From contig NC_043008.1 in the NCBI RefSeq assembly GCF_006345805.1, positions 38,626,001-38,690,000 of the forward strand: a DNA stretch of 64,000 bases, in the 5' to 3' direction. The translations under genes and the position numbers were made by a program. Source of the stretch: Octopus sinensis (lineage: Eukaryota). Position 1 is the first letter of the stretch. The number at the start of each line of letters is the position of its first letter. Shown here one piece after another: positions 1 to 13,220 of the stretch. The notes below the pieces were generated by a model. That model had not been told where the DNA came from. It was given only the letters and a program-made list of their open reading frames with translations, and ran no database searches.

Positions 1-91
1 ATAATACCCTCAATGCCCCGACCCCTATTTTCATGTATAAATAAATATTTTATATTTTACTAATTTATTTATACTATGAACCATTTGATAT

Positions 92-330
92 TTGTCTTGT
101 CTTGCCTTGAGACAGCATTCAGCCGGGGTGGGTTGAGCTGGCTTCATTCACCCTCAATGCTGCATCTCTCACAAACGCCAACCAGGCCTGGCGATTTGAG
201 GCTAATGACTGCGTGATCTCCAACCACTCCCTATTCCAGTGGCAAATGCTGTAGACATGGGGGCCTAGGTTGGGTTCCAGATCAGCCTTGACTGTCATCA
301 GCCAGGTTTTTCGTTGTCCACCATATCGCT
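92..330 (-). mobile_element. 3' end of an RTE-clade LINE (5'-truncated) with (CAAGA)n tail
   Basis: Minus strand translates RYGGQRKTWLMTVKADLEPNLGPHVYSICHWNREWLEITQSLASNRQAWLAFVRDAALRVNEASSTHPG*, resembling the RTE ORF C-terminus (GGQ.KTW...DL, ..NR.AW...VRD), followed by short tandem CAAGA repeats. Confidence 0.75.
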
Positions 331-479
331 TTCACCAACCCTTCATTTGATATTTAATGTAATATTATATAATTTGTACACAATACTATAATAATATTAT
401 ACATTCATAGCATACCCCAATCCATTAATTTCCTACCAATGCCTCCTTTTTCTCTACTGCCCACCCTCCCCTAGACACC

Positions 480-548
480 AGCGCCCACCTTGACCCTCTC
501 AACACCCACTGGGTGGCGGTAGCACCCACTTTGAGAACCTATGGTCTA
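480..548. mobile_element. Possible terminus of a hAT-type non-autonomous element
   Basis: Ends in CCCACTTTGAGAACCTATG, whose reverse complement resembles the hAT MITE TIR CAGTGGTTCTCAAAGTGGG. The other end is not found. Confidence 0.3.
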
Positions 549-959
549 CATGATGAAGAAAATACGAGGTTTTAATTTCAAGTCGAAGTCTACCATGCTG
601 AGCTTAATATCAAGGATGTTAAATGCATGTGTGATGGCTTCATGACCTTAACGACTTTGGGACTCATTCAATCTTAGCATTTTGTAGTTCCATTATAGAA
701 TGTACCACACATTTCTATGATGATTATTCTCCATAATGGTGTTTGGGGCTGTTTACGATTTTATCCATCTCTTCATCTAAAATGCATTATTCTGTTTCAT
801 CATTTTTCTTTTGTTTAAATCATCACAAAGAACAAAGAAAGACAACTGACAAAGAAAAAAAAAGAAGGAAAAACAAAAACAAAAACATACCCAAACATTA
901 TCTACCAATAGAATCATTGGAAATACGCATAAAATTATTTTGTGATAGATATAATGTTT

Positions 960-1221
960 CATAATAGTAATAGTAATGATAATGATGATGATATTGATGA
1001 TGATGATGATGATGATGATAATGATGATGGTGGTGGTGGTGGTGGTGGTGATGATGTTGATGATGAGGATGATGTTGGTGATGGTAAAAGGCCTACTGTG
1101 TCACACTTTTGGTTCAACTTGTCTTATGGCACCATTCCAGGCAAAAGTCAGCCATTTTAAGCCACCAATAATGATCGAAGATGCACACACACAAAACAAA
1201 AATAAAAAAAAAATTTAAACA

Positions 1222-1282
<61 letters not shown>

Positions 1283-1292
1283 TAATAATAAT
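960..1292. repeat. Compound (GAT)n/(GGT)n and (AAT)n microsatellites
   Basis: Direct reading: GAT/GGT runs ~975-1085, pure AAT ~1224-1292. Confidence 0.95.
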
Positions 1293-1944
1293 AAATCTAT
1301 ATTACAACTATTTTGAAAAAAAAATTCTTTTTTGTTAATATTCACCAAACAATTTTTATATTGATTCAACATATGCAAAAATTCAATTTTATTTCATCAT
1401 TTATTTATTAGCTTTTTTTCATCCTTTATCAATTCTTTACAATGCATGAAACAACAGCTACAACAAATTAAAATCAAATAACCAAAAGGATAAAAACTAA
1501 AAAAAAAATATCTACAACAATGTTCTGAATTCTCAAAAATAATCCGAAAGTGGATTACTGATGAGAATATAACATGCAGATCCAGGAGATCGTATAGCAT
1601 AGCCTAAACATCTTTTTAAAATTACTGGACAAAATTGAAACAACATAGGTGCTACAGATATTCTTACAGATCATTTGAGAAAACAGCCTTTGTGCTTCTG
1701 ACAAGCATCTCCGTTTTTGTGTATGTTTAGGTTGTGCCAAGATGCTCACCACCTGTGTTCCACCAACCAGAAATCCTGTAGATACAGCGTGGCTATATTG
1801 GAATTACTCAACACATTACTTTCTCTGTGATACCATATCCTATTTTTCGCTATCTCCTCTTTCTCTCAAACACAAACATATCCATAGTCATCATTTCAAA
1901 CAGATTGCCAAGAAAAACATTTCTTTCCAACTACTAAATTCTAA

Positions 1945-2279
1945 GGTGCATGGCTCAGTGGTTAGAGCATCAAGCTTACGATCATGAGGTTGTGAGTTCA
2001 AATCCCGGACCAGGCTGCATGTTGTGTTCTTGAGCAAGACACTTTATTTCACGTTGCTCCAGTTCACTCAGCTGTAGAAATGAGTTGCGACGTCACAGGT
2101 GCCAAGCTGTATCAGCCGTTGCCTTTCCCTTGGATAACACTGGTGGCATGGAGAGGGGAGGCTGGTATGCAAGGGCGACTGCCGGTCTTCCACAAACAAA
2201 CTTGCCCGGACTTGTACCTGGGAGGGTAACATTCTAAGTGCAATCCCACAGTCAGTCATGACTGAATGGAGTCTCAGCA
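1945..2279 (+). mobile_element. tRNA-derived SINE, family C, full length with TSD
   Basis: A-box TGGCTCAGTGG at 1951, B-box GAGTTCAAATCCC at 1994, CORE-like TTGAGCAAGACACTT, flanked by 12-bp direct repeat ACTAAATTCTAA (1933-1944 and 2280-2291). Related copies at 37920-38180, 38358-38590, 48830-49310, 55928-56180. Confidence 0.9.
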
Positions 2280-2882
2280 ACTAAATTCTAAAGTCTAGAA
2301 GAAGAGAGAGGAGAGGGAGATGGGGAGGGAGAGAGAGAGAGAGGGAGGCAGTACGTGTGTGTGTGTGTGTGCATGCATATGTGTGTATGTTCATGATCAC
2401 ACTAATATATACAAGCATAGATGCATGATCCCTACAAGGAGCCAGAAAAAATCTAACTTCATCTGGGTGTATTGGACAACTACCATCTGAAGGGTCAATT
2501 ATTTTGCATGTAGCTATCAGAGCTGATCAATGTCTGAAGTGAAGTCACTTAAATTTTAGTGTACATACATACATACATATATACATACATGTAAGCATGC
2601 ATACATGCATACATTCATATATACATATATATATATCTTGATTATAACTGTGTTCTATACAATTATCTCTATATATGAATTTTACCTAAAAAATTATTTT
2701 TTTTTTATATGCCAGCCACTGATAAAATTCATTAATTTTAATGAGTTTATCTTTTAATTATGTATATATGTGTGTGTATATATATATATATATATATACA
2801 CACACATATATACACATACATGCATACATACATACGTGTGTGTGTGTAAATATATATTTTCTTTCTTATTAGTGTCTGCTTT

Positions 2883-3378
2883 CTATGCTGACATGGGTTA
2901 GATGGTTTAACTGGAACTGGTAATCCAGAGAGCTGCACCGAGTTCCAGTCTGATTTTGCATCTGTGGCTGGATGCCCTTCCTAACACCAACCACTCCAAG
3001 TGTGCATATATTGATGTACCTGAAGAGTCCCAGAATGGGCTGAAACATGCATTGTACCCAACAAAGTCTATTACACATTCCATATCCTGTTTTATTAATA
3101 CTATTACTCAGACTGCCACTATGAAGTTCCTGCAGTAAATCTACAGATAACAACAGGTAATTGAAACTGTGCCAGTCTTTTACACATCATCCATTTATAC
3201 ATTCTGTACAATTTCTCCATTATCATCATCATTATCCTCATCATCATCATCATCATCATAATCATCATCACTTAACGTCCATTTTCCATGCTAGAATAGG
3301 TTGGATGGTTTGACTGGAGTCTTGGAAGCTAGGAAGCTGCACCAGTCTGATCTGGCAGTGTTTCTACAGCTGGATGCT
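2883..3378 (-). mobile_element. Two fragments of the family D (GAT)n-tailed retroposon
   Basis: GCTGGATGCCCTTCCTAACACCAACCACTCC and (TCA)n-CACTTAACGTCCATTTTCCATGCTAG are reverse complements of the copy at 20762-20950. Confidence 0.75.
3011..3061 (+). ncRNA. Degenerate hammerhead-ribozyme-like motif
   Basis: CTGAAGA (3020-3026), stem II with CCCA/GAA/TGGG, GAAA (3042-3045), palindromic CATGCAT, and GTAC/GTAC helix I with distal TTG/CAA. Mismatches at the base of stem II and in stem III. Confidence 0.45.
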
Positions 3379-5539
3379 CAGCTATATATATATATATACA
3401 CACACACATACATATATATACATATTTATATATACAAATATTTACACATATAGCTACTGACGCCTACATACACACAGTGTAGTTCAGCATTTCAGAAGCA
3501 TCATATATTTCTGAAAGTTTTATTGCATCCCTAGAATTCCACTAGACAAATCTTAATCTCCCATTGACTATCACTCACAAATAAATACAATTTGGTATCA
3601 TGTACTATGCTTTAAGTAATTGTTTTATGTGTCTATCTAGTCATGAGTAAACAAAGGCATGTTGTCAGCTCTCCTTGACTTGACCAAACAGAACATCAAG
3701 GCAAGGGCAGCTGAAAGGAGGGAGAATGATGCATCAGTACATGACTGGAATACATTTTGGGCAGAGTAGGCTGGGGCAATGTAAAATGAAGTACCTTGCC
3801 CAAGGTCACAATGTGCTGCTTGGTCCAAGAATTGAACCTGCAATCATATGGCTTGAGCTCAACACTGATTAAAGCCATGAAAATATGCTTCCTATAACAG
3901 ATTTCCACATTATGACAAGATTTTCAGGAACACATGACTTGTGTATTATGAAGTAAATCTACCTCATTGCTATAAATTGCTGTAGTTTTTATAATAAATG
4001 AGGGTTTTATTTGTCTGAAGTATTTCGATTCAAATATTCCTATGAGTCTTGACAATCACAGAAAAGCTGCCACTATGGTTTTCCTTGCTTTAACCAATTC
4101 CAATCTAATCAAACCAAAAACTGACTTCATACGAATGACTCACAGTTCAATAGCAAATCAAAACAGCTGCAATATTTTTATAGCTATATTTTTCATTGAT
4201 TTAATAATTAATTATGATATAACATTTCCTTTTTTTGTATTTGTTTGACCAGGTTCTTGATTTGAAATTGATATTGGAAGAGATTTTGTTATATCTTGGG
4301 AAGATCATTTTGCCAATAACAAACACTCACTGATTCTATTTCAGTTCTTTTTATTGTTATTAAAATGCTAGTTAAATAATTAACCAATGAACTAATTGAT
4401 TTCTTGATTTATTATTTGATCAACAAATCAATCAACTGGTTTATGAGAGTCCTTTTATTGCCCTTGTGACCTCATCCATAATATATGTCCTTTTTACCAC
4501 TGGGCTGCAGAATTGTCTTCATGGTATAATACCTGGAGGTAAAAGTCTGCAAGCTTTGTCAGTAACAGGTGTTCTAAAAATTTTTTAGTTGTTAGTGATG
4601 TAACCAATATGTCCTGAGTGCACCATTAAACTGCATCTGGTAATATGGTTCTTCTTTGGAAGTTCTGGAGATTTGAAGAGTATGGAGCACCCCTTCATCA
4701 TCACAACTCCCAGGTCTGCTCCAGTTTGGATAGTAGTGTCTGTGAAGAGCCCCAGTTTTGAGTCACATGTCAGAAGGTGATCCAGTGACTGATGCATACA
4801 GGTGTGACAAGAGGGCTAGCCTCTAGATATGTGTCACAAAGGGCCACAAATGCACAGAGATGCTCGGTTATCATATAGACCATTCACTCTGCTTAAAGGT
4901 TAAACAGACCTTGTACCTCAAGGGCAAGCTCAGGAGAGCAGAGAGTTAGCAGAATAAACTGTAGATAAACCAGCAGTTGGCAATGGAAAACCATTTCTCT
5001 ATCTTTCCAGAGGAAAAAAATCATGAATCTTCAAACTTTGGCATAGAGGTCTTTGATTGCTGATGCCTGCAGGCATAGGACATGAAGAAGAAGAAGGACA
5101 TCAAACTAAATATATATATATATAAAACTAATACATAAATATTGAATAAATGTTAACTTGTTTTATCTTGTGACACATTACTTTTCTTTATTTTCATCTA
5201 TTCACTTAATAATTCCCTTCTCACACACATTATTTCCATATTTATTCTCCATTATTTATCTAAGATGATGTGAATATTGGAATTAATCTAATTCATACAA
5301 CATTTTTTATTTTTCAAAGCAACTCTGTACATTGATACCTTGGTGAAAATACTTTAAAACTTTATTTGTTTCTGAGTATCTAAGAAAGTTTACTGAGAAA
5401 AAGATAGCTTTCTTTATAAAATGTTTTTGAAGTCCATCAAAATCGTTTCTTAATAACAAAGAAAAATAGCTTTATGAAAAAAGAAATTTGGTAGTTAATA
5501 TAAGCATATAAGCATTGTATGATATATGCAAATACAAAC

Positions 5540-5588
<49 letters not shown>

Positions 5589-5746
5589 TATATGTATATA
5601 CACACACATATATATAAATATATATATATACATATACATATATAAATATATATGTATACACACATTCATATATATATACATGTATGAACATACATACACA
5701 AACACACACACACATACATGTATATACACACACAACACATACATAT

Positions 5747-5782
<36 letters not shown>

Positions 5783-6561
5783 GTTTTGCAGTATTAGCAA
5801 GTGCTTTAAATCTGAATTATGGATTAGCAAAGAAATAAATAGAAATATAATATATTCTTTATTTTCAAAGGAACAAGTAAAATATCAGAGAATATGGAAT
5901 ATTTTTGCCATGAATGTATAAGCTTTACTTGAAAGACTAAGAGGAATAAAATGAAAGAATTTAGATAAATGGAAAAACATTCAACACTGGGGTGACTTTA
6001 GTATTCGGTTCACTCGAAAACCAAAATATCACATTGGTGTAATCTGAACTCAACTGATTTTTATCATTTTATTCATATTCCTTTGTTTCTATGACTTTTT
6101 CTGTTTTTTCAAAATGTTATTATATTTATCTCACTTCCCTGTTGCTAATCACACACAACCATATTTGAAATAAATTATTCATTATATATAATAATCAAAA
6201 TTTCATGTTAATATAAAAGAAATATAGAAAATATTATTGATTTATAATACTTGGTGAGAGATATAAGAAACCATTCATTGCTTATTAAAGCAGTGAATTG
6301 GTTTAGTCGTTAGAGCTTCGACAAAATACCTTGTGGTATTTCTCCTGTCATTTCAAAACTAAAATCCCAGAAGGGTCAATTTTTGCCTTTCATACTTCTA
6401 GGCTCAATGAAATAAAATACCAGTCTAAGACAGTGGAATAGCGGTATCATTAGTGAGCTGACCATGATACTTTGTGTTATTAGCTCAAGCTATTGGCATT
6501 CTGAGTTCAAATCTTGAAATTTCTCACTTCACAGATCGGCATGATCTATTGTCCTGTTTAA

Positions 6562-6782
6562 CCCTTTCATTACCATATTTATTCTGAGATGCTCAGTGTT
6601 TCTTTCAATTATTTTATATATAACAAAGAATTTAGTAAAATAACTTTGTTATCATTAAGCTAGTGTTGGGAACATAAATTGTGACAAAGGTTTGGTAGAA
6701 GATTTTAATTCAAAACTTATGAAAACAAGACATTTGTACTACTGAGCCACAGCCGGTGTCAGCTGGGTTGGTAACGAAAGGG
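6562..6782. mobile_element. piggyBac-like MITE
   Basis: TTAA on both sides (6558-6561, 6783-6786), TIR CCCTTTCATTACC / GGTAACGAAAGGG. Close paralog at 22422-22641. Confidence 0.85.
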
Positions 6783-7395
6783 TTAATAATACGCCCTGGC
6801 CCTTGACTCTTTGGCACCTTTAATAGAAAAGTACATTCTGCTGCAAAATATTAAGGCCAATTCTCTTGTCTGGGGATATGATAATATACGTGTGTGAGAG
6901 TGTGTTAGGTACAGAAATGGTTACTGGACAGTTTAGCTTAATGGTAAAGCACTTGACACATAATCACAGGGATGTGAGTTCAAGTCTCATGGCTGGCCGG
7001 TAACATATTTTTGAATGGCAGTGCTCCAGCATGGCCATAGCTCATGAGCTGAAACTAGATAAAATAAATAAAATAAAATAAATAATTAAACTTTAAGCCA
7101 ATCAGAGGAATTTCAGCCATGACATCAATGGTAGAACTTTTCTTTCATTTATTCAAATATCCAATTTTTAAAATTGTTGGGCCTGTGTGGAATGTCTATC
7201 TAGTCACTCAATCTGTTCGGTGTAGCGGCCAAAATTCTTAAGAAATGTACTGCCATTTTTAAAATGGGGAAACCACATAGTCGTAACTCCTAAATCCTAG
7301 GACAGACAGCAAACTCAGCAATCAAAACAGAATGAACAAAGCTAAAATTACTAATCAAATGCTCTGCTTGATCAGCCATGCAATAACACTTGCTA

Positions 7396-7397
<2 letters not shown>

Positions 7398-7447
<50 letters not shown>

Positions 7448-7860
7448 GTAATAATAATAATAATGATGATGATAATAATGATAGTAATAATAATGATAAT
7501 AATGATAATAATAATAATAACAATAATAATAACAATAATAATAATAATAATAATAATAATGGTGATAATAATAATAATAATAATAATAACAACAATAATG
7601 ATAACAATAATAAAAGGAACTACTACAAGAACAGCAAGACCAGTTAGTGAGCCAATATTCTAAGTGATGCCATGTTTTATGAAAGCTATTCATCAAAATA
7701 AAAGAACTGTGTGTACGTGTGCATGTGCATGCACATGCATGTGCATGTGTGTGTGTGGGTGTGTGTGTGTGTGGGTGTGTGTGTGTGTGGGTGTGTGTGT
7801 GTGGGTGTGTGTGTGTGTGGGTGTGTGTGTGTGTGGGTGTGTGTGTGTGTGTTTGTAAAG
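7398..7860. repeat. (AAT)n microsatellite followed by (GT)n/(GTGTGG)n
   Basis: Direct reading; explains ORFs 7290-7873. Confidence 0.95.
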
Positions 7861-8379
7861 CGGACATGAACACTTAACCAAGCGACTTAGGAAGAAGTCT
7901 GAGACTCCCTCCTTCATTGCGTAAGATAATCTGACGCTTCTTAAAAGGGTGGAAATGTAAATCAATACTTCATGACTTCAAACAACATCAACAAATTTTC
8001 TCCAAAGTAAATATTCTTCATTATGCAATTAATTACATCCTATTGACATCATTGCGCTTAGACATCACAACGTGTGTTTTTTTCATTTTGTTTTTTCTAA
8101 AACAATTTTTCATTAAGAGTAAACTAAAAAAAAAAATCAACAAAAATGAGAAAGAAAAAGAAAAAAAAAAGAAAAGGACGATAAAGAAAAGGAAAAAATG
8201 CTCCAAAGACTTGAAAAATATATTGGAAACGCACATTCTATGTAAAAATGTATAAATTAAATTATTTTATTTAGAATAGGAAGATAAAATCTAGACTTTA
8301 CCATTACAGAAATGAAATAGTATCAAATTTGTTAAACTGACAAATATATACTTATAAACAAGTACCATCATCATCATAA

Positions 8380-8536
8380 TCATAATCATCATCATCAACA
8401 TCATTATCAGTAGTAGTAGTAGTAGTAGTAGTAATAGTGGTGGTGGTGGTGGTGGTGGTGGTGGTGGTGGTGGTGGTGGTGTGGTGGTGGTGGTGGAGAT
8501 GGTTTACATGCTGCTGCTGATACATGTATATGTATG

Positions 8537-8628
<92 letters not shown>

Positions 8629-8763
8629 CATTTATATATTCATATATATATATATTTCTATATATGTTTATATATGTATATATATACACACACATATATA
8701 TATTGATATATTCATGTAAACTTACATGTATATATATTTAACTATATATAATATGTGTGAATA

Positions 8764-8795
<32 letters not shown>

Positions 8796-8800
8796 AATAT
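8380..8800. repeat. Compound (TCA)n/(TAG)n/(TGG)n/(TA)n microsatellite
   Basis: Direct reading. Confidence 0.95.
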
Positions 8801-9171
8801 TTCTATATATTATCTATCTAAATTATAGAGAAGCCATTCCCTTTGAAGTTTAGCAAGAGTAATCTCCCTTAAGAACGTACCATGAACTCAGTGTGGCCTC
8901 CGCATATATATTAAGTGAAGAGGATAAGATAGTGATGGCTTTAGTTTTGAGATAAAAACACAAAGAAGATTATTTCTAGCAATGCAGGTGTGTCGCTCCC
9001 AGTACTAAAACACAAAGCAAACATCAACGTTTTGAGTACTTTACAAGTAAAAGGTCACTGAGAAGCAGGCAACTCTTTTCTAATAACTACGTTAGTAAAA
9101 ACAAGAGTAGGTGCACTATCTGCAATAGCAGGAACAAGAAGAAGATGAAAATGATAATGATAATAATGATA

Positions 9172-9229
<58 letters not shown>

Positions 9230-9245
9230 TGATGATAATTAGATC

Positions 9246-9598
9246 CTAATGACGCAAAGCCTGAAATTTTTTAGGAAGAGGTAAGTTGATTACGTCACTG
9301 GAGCTTAATTTATTGACCCCAAAAGGATGAAAGGTAAATTCAACCTTCATAGAACTGGAACTCAGCAGATGAAATACCTATTTTTTTACTATCCACAGGG
9401 GGCTAAACACAGAGGGGACAAACAAGGACAGACAAATGGATTAAGTCGATTACATTGACCCCAGTGTGTAACTGGTACTTAATTTATCAACCCCGAAAGG
9501 CTGAAAGGCAAAGATGACCTCGGCGGAATTTGAACTCAGAATGTAGCGGCAGACGAAATACCACTAAGCATTTTATCCAGTGTGCTCACGATTCTGCC
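9246..9598 (-). mobile_element. tRNA-derived SINE family A dimer (full unit plus 5'-truncated unit)
   Basis: Reverse complement of the GGCAGAA..GTTCTGAGTTCAAATTCCGCCGAGGTC..GCCTTTC..CCTTTCGGGGTTGATAAATTAAGTACCAG pattern; junction at 9373-9378. Confidence 0.85.
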
Positions 9599-9634
<36 letters not shown>

Positions 9635-9635
<1 letters not shown>

Positions 9636-9953
9636 TGGAAAATGAAGAAGACTATGGAAAATTAAGAAGGTGAAGATAGTGCCAATTATTGTTGGGTCCC
9701 TGGGGACAGTATCAAAAGGCATCTAGAGGAATATAAAGGAAATTGGAATAGAGTGCCCAGTAGAACTGATAGAAAAGATTTGTCTCCTTGGCATGGCCAG
9801 AATAATCAGGCAAGTATTAGAGACTTAACAAGAACAGACAGCATTACTGTAGGCTGCAGGTAGTAAGCATGGATACTGCAAGTGGTAAGGTAGGATGCAA
9901 GACTCTGGGAGTTCCAACAATACCTGAGTTAAAAGAATAATAATAATAATAAT
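9635..9953 (+). mobile_element. 5'-truncated R4/Dong-type (restriction-like endonuclease) non-LTR retrotransposon end with (AAT)n tail
   Basis: Translates RRLWKIKKVKIVPIIVGSLGTVSKGI*RNIKEIGIECPVELIEKICLLGMARIIRQVLET* (stop 9826-9828), resembling the R4/Dong C-terminal ..V.P.V.G.LG.V.K...LG.A.I.R.VL motif. (AAT)n lies on both sides. Confidence 0.8.
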
Positions 9954-9959
9954 AGTGAT

Positions 9960-10465
9960 GGTTTAAAGTTTGGCACATGGCCAGCAGTATTTGAGGGGAA
10001 GGGAAATCGATTTCATCAACCCCAGTACTTGACTTGTACTTATTTTATTGACCCCGAAATGATGAAAGGTAAAGTCGAACTTGGTGAGATTTGAACCCAG
10101 AACATAAAGACAGATGAAATATCAGTGAGCATTTTGCCCAATTTGCTAATGGTTCAGCCAGTTCACTGATTTAATAATAATGGTGATAAAATAATAACAA
10201 GCATGGTACTGTGGGCTGAAGGCAGCAATCTTGCTAAGCATGTAAGTATCCATGATTTACAGCAAAACCTAAAATAAAAGGAAAAATAATAATCCTTTCT
10301 ATTATAGGCACAAGGCCTGAAATTTGAGGGAGGGGCCAGTCATTTTATTGACCCTGAAAGAATAAAAGGCAAAGTCGACCCTGGTGGAATTTGAACACGG
10401 AACAAAGATGGATTAAATACAGCTAAAGATTTCATCCATCTACTACAATTCTGCCAGCTCACCAT
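9960..10465 (-). mobile_element. Two diverged family A SINE copies (~9960-10165, ~10295-10465)
   Basis: TTGACCC(C/T)GAAA..ATGAAAGG(T/C)AAAGTCGA..GAATTTGAAC-like cores match family A. Confidence 0.8.
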
Positions 10466-10491
10466 GTCTTTAAAATGGGACAATACATAAA

Positions 10492-10769
10492 CTGTTTTGT
10501 CTGGGGAGTCATTTCCTTTTTGTGCCTTATAATGTAACACACTCACCAGTAAAATTTCCACATTTTTATTTTTATTCTCCTAAAATTTTCGTTGTGTCTT
10601 GCAACCTGTTCAATAGTTTTTCAATAGTTTAGAGTCAAAACTATTGAAAAGGTTGCGAGACGCAACAAAAATTTTAGAAAAATAAGAATAAGAAAAAAGT
10701 GGAAATTTTACCGGTGAGTGTGTTACATTTATAAGGCACAAAAAGAAAATGACTCTCCCCAGACACCAC
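10492..10769. mobile_element. Fold-back (near-palindromic) MITE, unclassified
   Basis: TGTCTGGGGAGTCATTTCCTTTTTGTGCCTTATAATGTAACACACTCACCAGTAAAATTTCCAC is mirrored by GTGGAAATTTTACCGGTGAGTGTGTTACATTTATAAGGCACAAAAAGAAAATGACTCTCCCCAGACA; pairing continues almost to the centre. Confidence 0.85.
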
Positions 10770-11904
10770 AGAATATGCTTCAACACACGAACTCATATAA
10801 AGAATCTTGCAAACCAAATCCAAAAATGAAATACATAAATTAATGTAGCTTAAAAAGACAAATTTGACAAGGCTGGAAAGCCTTTTCATCATGAGTCTGC
10901 TCAAACAGGGCAAGACAGACCAGAAGATAAGCAGCAGCATTGATTCACTACACTCTACAACAAGAACTACATCAATATCAACAGCAAGAATATCAGAAAA
11001 TATTACATCAGCAACACCGAAGAAACAACAGCTAAAAATTGGCAGTGGTTACAACAACAGTGATGACAACAGCAATAATCTTACACCCACCACCACCACC
11101 AACAACAACAACAACAGCATCAATAACACCACTGGCACCAACAGCAACAGCAGCAGGAATAACAATAATGATAACAGCACGAACATTTTAGAAGAAAGCC
11201 AAGAATTTCAAAAAAGGGTTGTAATAATGAAATCCTGTTTAGAAAATGGTGATGTTATCAGAGATGTTGGTGCCAGAAGTCCGAGACTGTTAGAATTTCC
11301 AACAACTAATTACCCAGAGTGCTACATTTAATTGTCTGCGATGTAGTTTAGAACTGATGATATGCTGGTTCAAGGCATTTAACATGAAACACCAAGAAGC
11401 AAGTACACGCTTTGTTGTAAAGTTTTAATTACTGGATTGTTAATGAAAGTTGAGAAGTTGTAGTTTTTCTTTCTGTGTATATTTATCTAATAATATAATG
11501 TGCAATGATGTGCATGTGTCTTTCTCTTGCTGTTCATATGTACAACTTCTGGCAGAAAGAATTCTGACGGCGTTGTGTCTAATGGAGATAATTCAAACAA
11601 TTTATACAATTTTTATTTTTATTTTTTTATTTTATTTTATTTTATAGTTTTGGTTATTTTAATTAATACCGTTCTAAATATAAAAATATAAAATATTTAT
11701 TACATTCAAACTTTTCTCTCTGTTTTGTTTTTGTTTTTGTTTTTGTTTTTTTTTTCTTTTTCTTTTCATAACTTTGATGATGAGTTGTTTCAATGGCAAG
11801 AAAGGACAGATTAAAACGGATTCTAATCACAAAGAAAATATCAGCTGGAAGTAGAAAAGTTTTATAGATACAAGGAAAACCCATGTACAAAAACATAGTT
11901 AAAT

Positions 11905-11939
<35 letters not shown>

Positions 11940-12423
11940 CAAAGAGGAAAAAAAAAGAAATGGTTTATGCTTGTTTGTTGAATGTCTGTGCTAACAATAA
12001 ACGGATGGGAACAGATTTTGAGGTAGAATGTTACAACTGAATGCTTTTCTCCTTGTTAAACATCATCTGTATTTTGGTAAGGAAGTTTTATGATCCACAA
12101 GTCATTGAAAGTGCAGTGCGACCCAGTCAGAATGTCAAACAAGGAATAGCCAATACTATCAGCAATGCTTCATTCATAAAATAACATGAATTACCAATAT
12201 ACATACTTATTCACACACGCACTCACACACATGTGTATATTCGTCTATCTATTTATCTATGTATCTATGTATCCACCTATCTATCTATCTATATGTCTGT
12301 CTGTCTGTCTGTCTGTTTGGCTGATAACTGACAAAGAATGAGCATCGTCCCATCCCATGTATGGATTTCCTCTTTGTTCCATTGTTGTGTTTCTGTTGAG
12401 ATACACACATATATATATATATA

Positions 12424-12432
12424 TAGAGAGAG

Positions 12433-12497
<65 letters not shown>

Positions 12498-12522
12498 CAC
12501 TGACAGACAGACAGTTAAATGA

Positions 12523-12565
<43 letters not shown>

Positions 12566-12653
12566 TATAGATAGATAGATAGATAGATAGACGGACGGAC
12601 AGACAGACAGACTGATGGATAGATAGATAGACAGACATATGGACAGACAGACA

Positions 12654-12688
<35 letters not shown>

Positions 12689-12695
12689 AGATAGG

Positions 12696-12760
<65 letters not shown>
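12424..12760. repeat. (GATA)n/(GACA)n/(GATT)n tetranucleotide array
   Basis: Direct reading. Confidence 0.95.
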
Positions 12761-12762
<2 letters not shown>

Positions 12763-13214
12763 CTTTCTTTATTGGCCACACAGGGCTGTACACAGAGGTG
12801 GCAATTACAAATGTAGAGATTTTCTTTTCAAGATGGAAGAAGAAAAAAGAAGAAAAAAAGGGAACAAATGAGCTTAATACAGTTTTTGTCTCGCAAATTC
12901 ACTTCAAAACTCCAAGACATTGGTCAGCCAGTGTAATAGTAGAAGGCATATGCCTTAGGTGCCATGCTGTGGGACTGAACCAAGGAACTATGAATAAAAT
13001 GACCATAATTTTCTTATGGAATAAGTACTCTATACAGCATGATGTTAGCTATTTGCACATCAATATGGAGAAACATCAAAGATACTAAAATGCAAAAATG
13101 CAATGATTTTATCTCTGCCTTTTTCTTATTCGTTTTTTTTTATGTTTGTTTGTGTTTATGTTTTGTTTTTGAAGTATATAGTTTAAGTGAGTTACTCTAG
13201 AGAATAACACTTAC

Positions 13215-13220
13215 TAAAAG
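13215..13220 (-). other. Candidate 6-nt microexon
   Basis: Minus strand: GATAATTCTTTTACAG|CTTTTA|GTAAGT. Splice motifs only. Confidence 0.15.

Noticed and set aside
1945-2010. tRNA gene
   Set aside because: The tRNA-like head continues into a SINE body with a TSD, and the cloverleaf is incomplete. The same applies to other SINE heads.
3900-4560. Possible very old LINE remnant on the minus strand (e.g. LDWNWLKQGK)
   Set aside because: Too many stops and no convincing motif by eye; needs a profile search.
10864-11331. 155-aa ORF
   Set aside because: Dominated by low-complexity CAA/CAC/CAG repeats, with no recognisable domain or splice sites.
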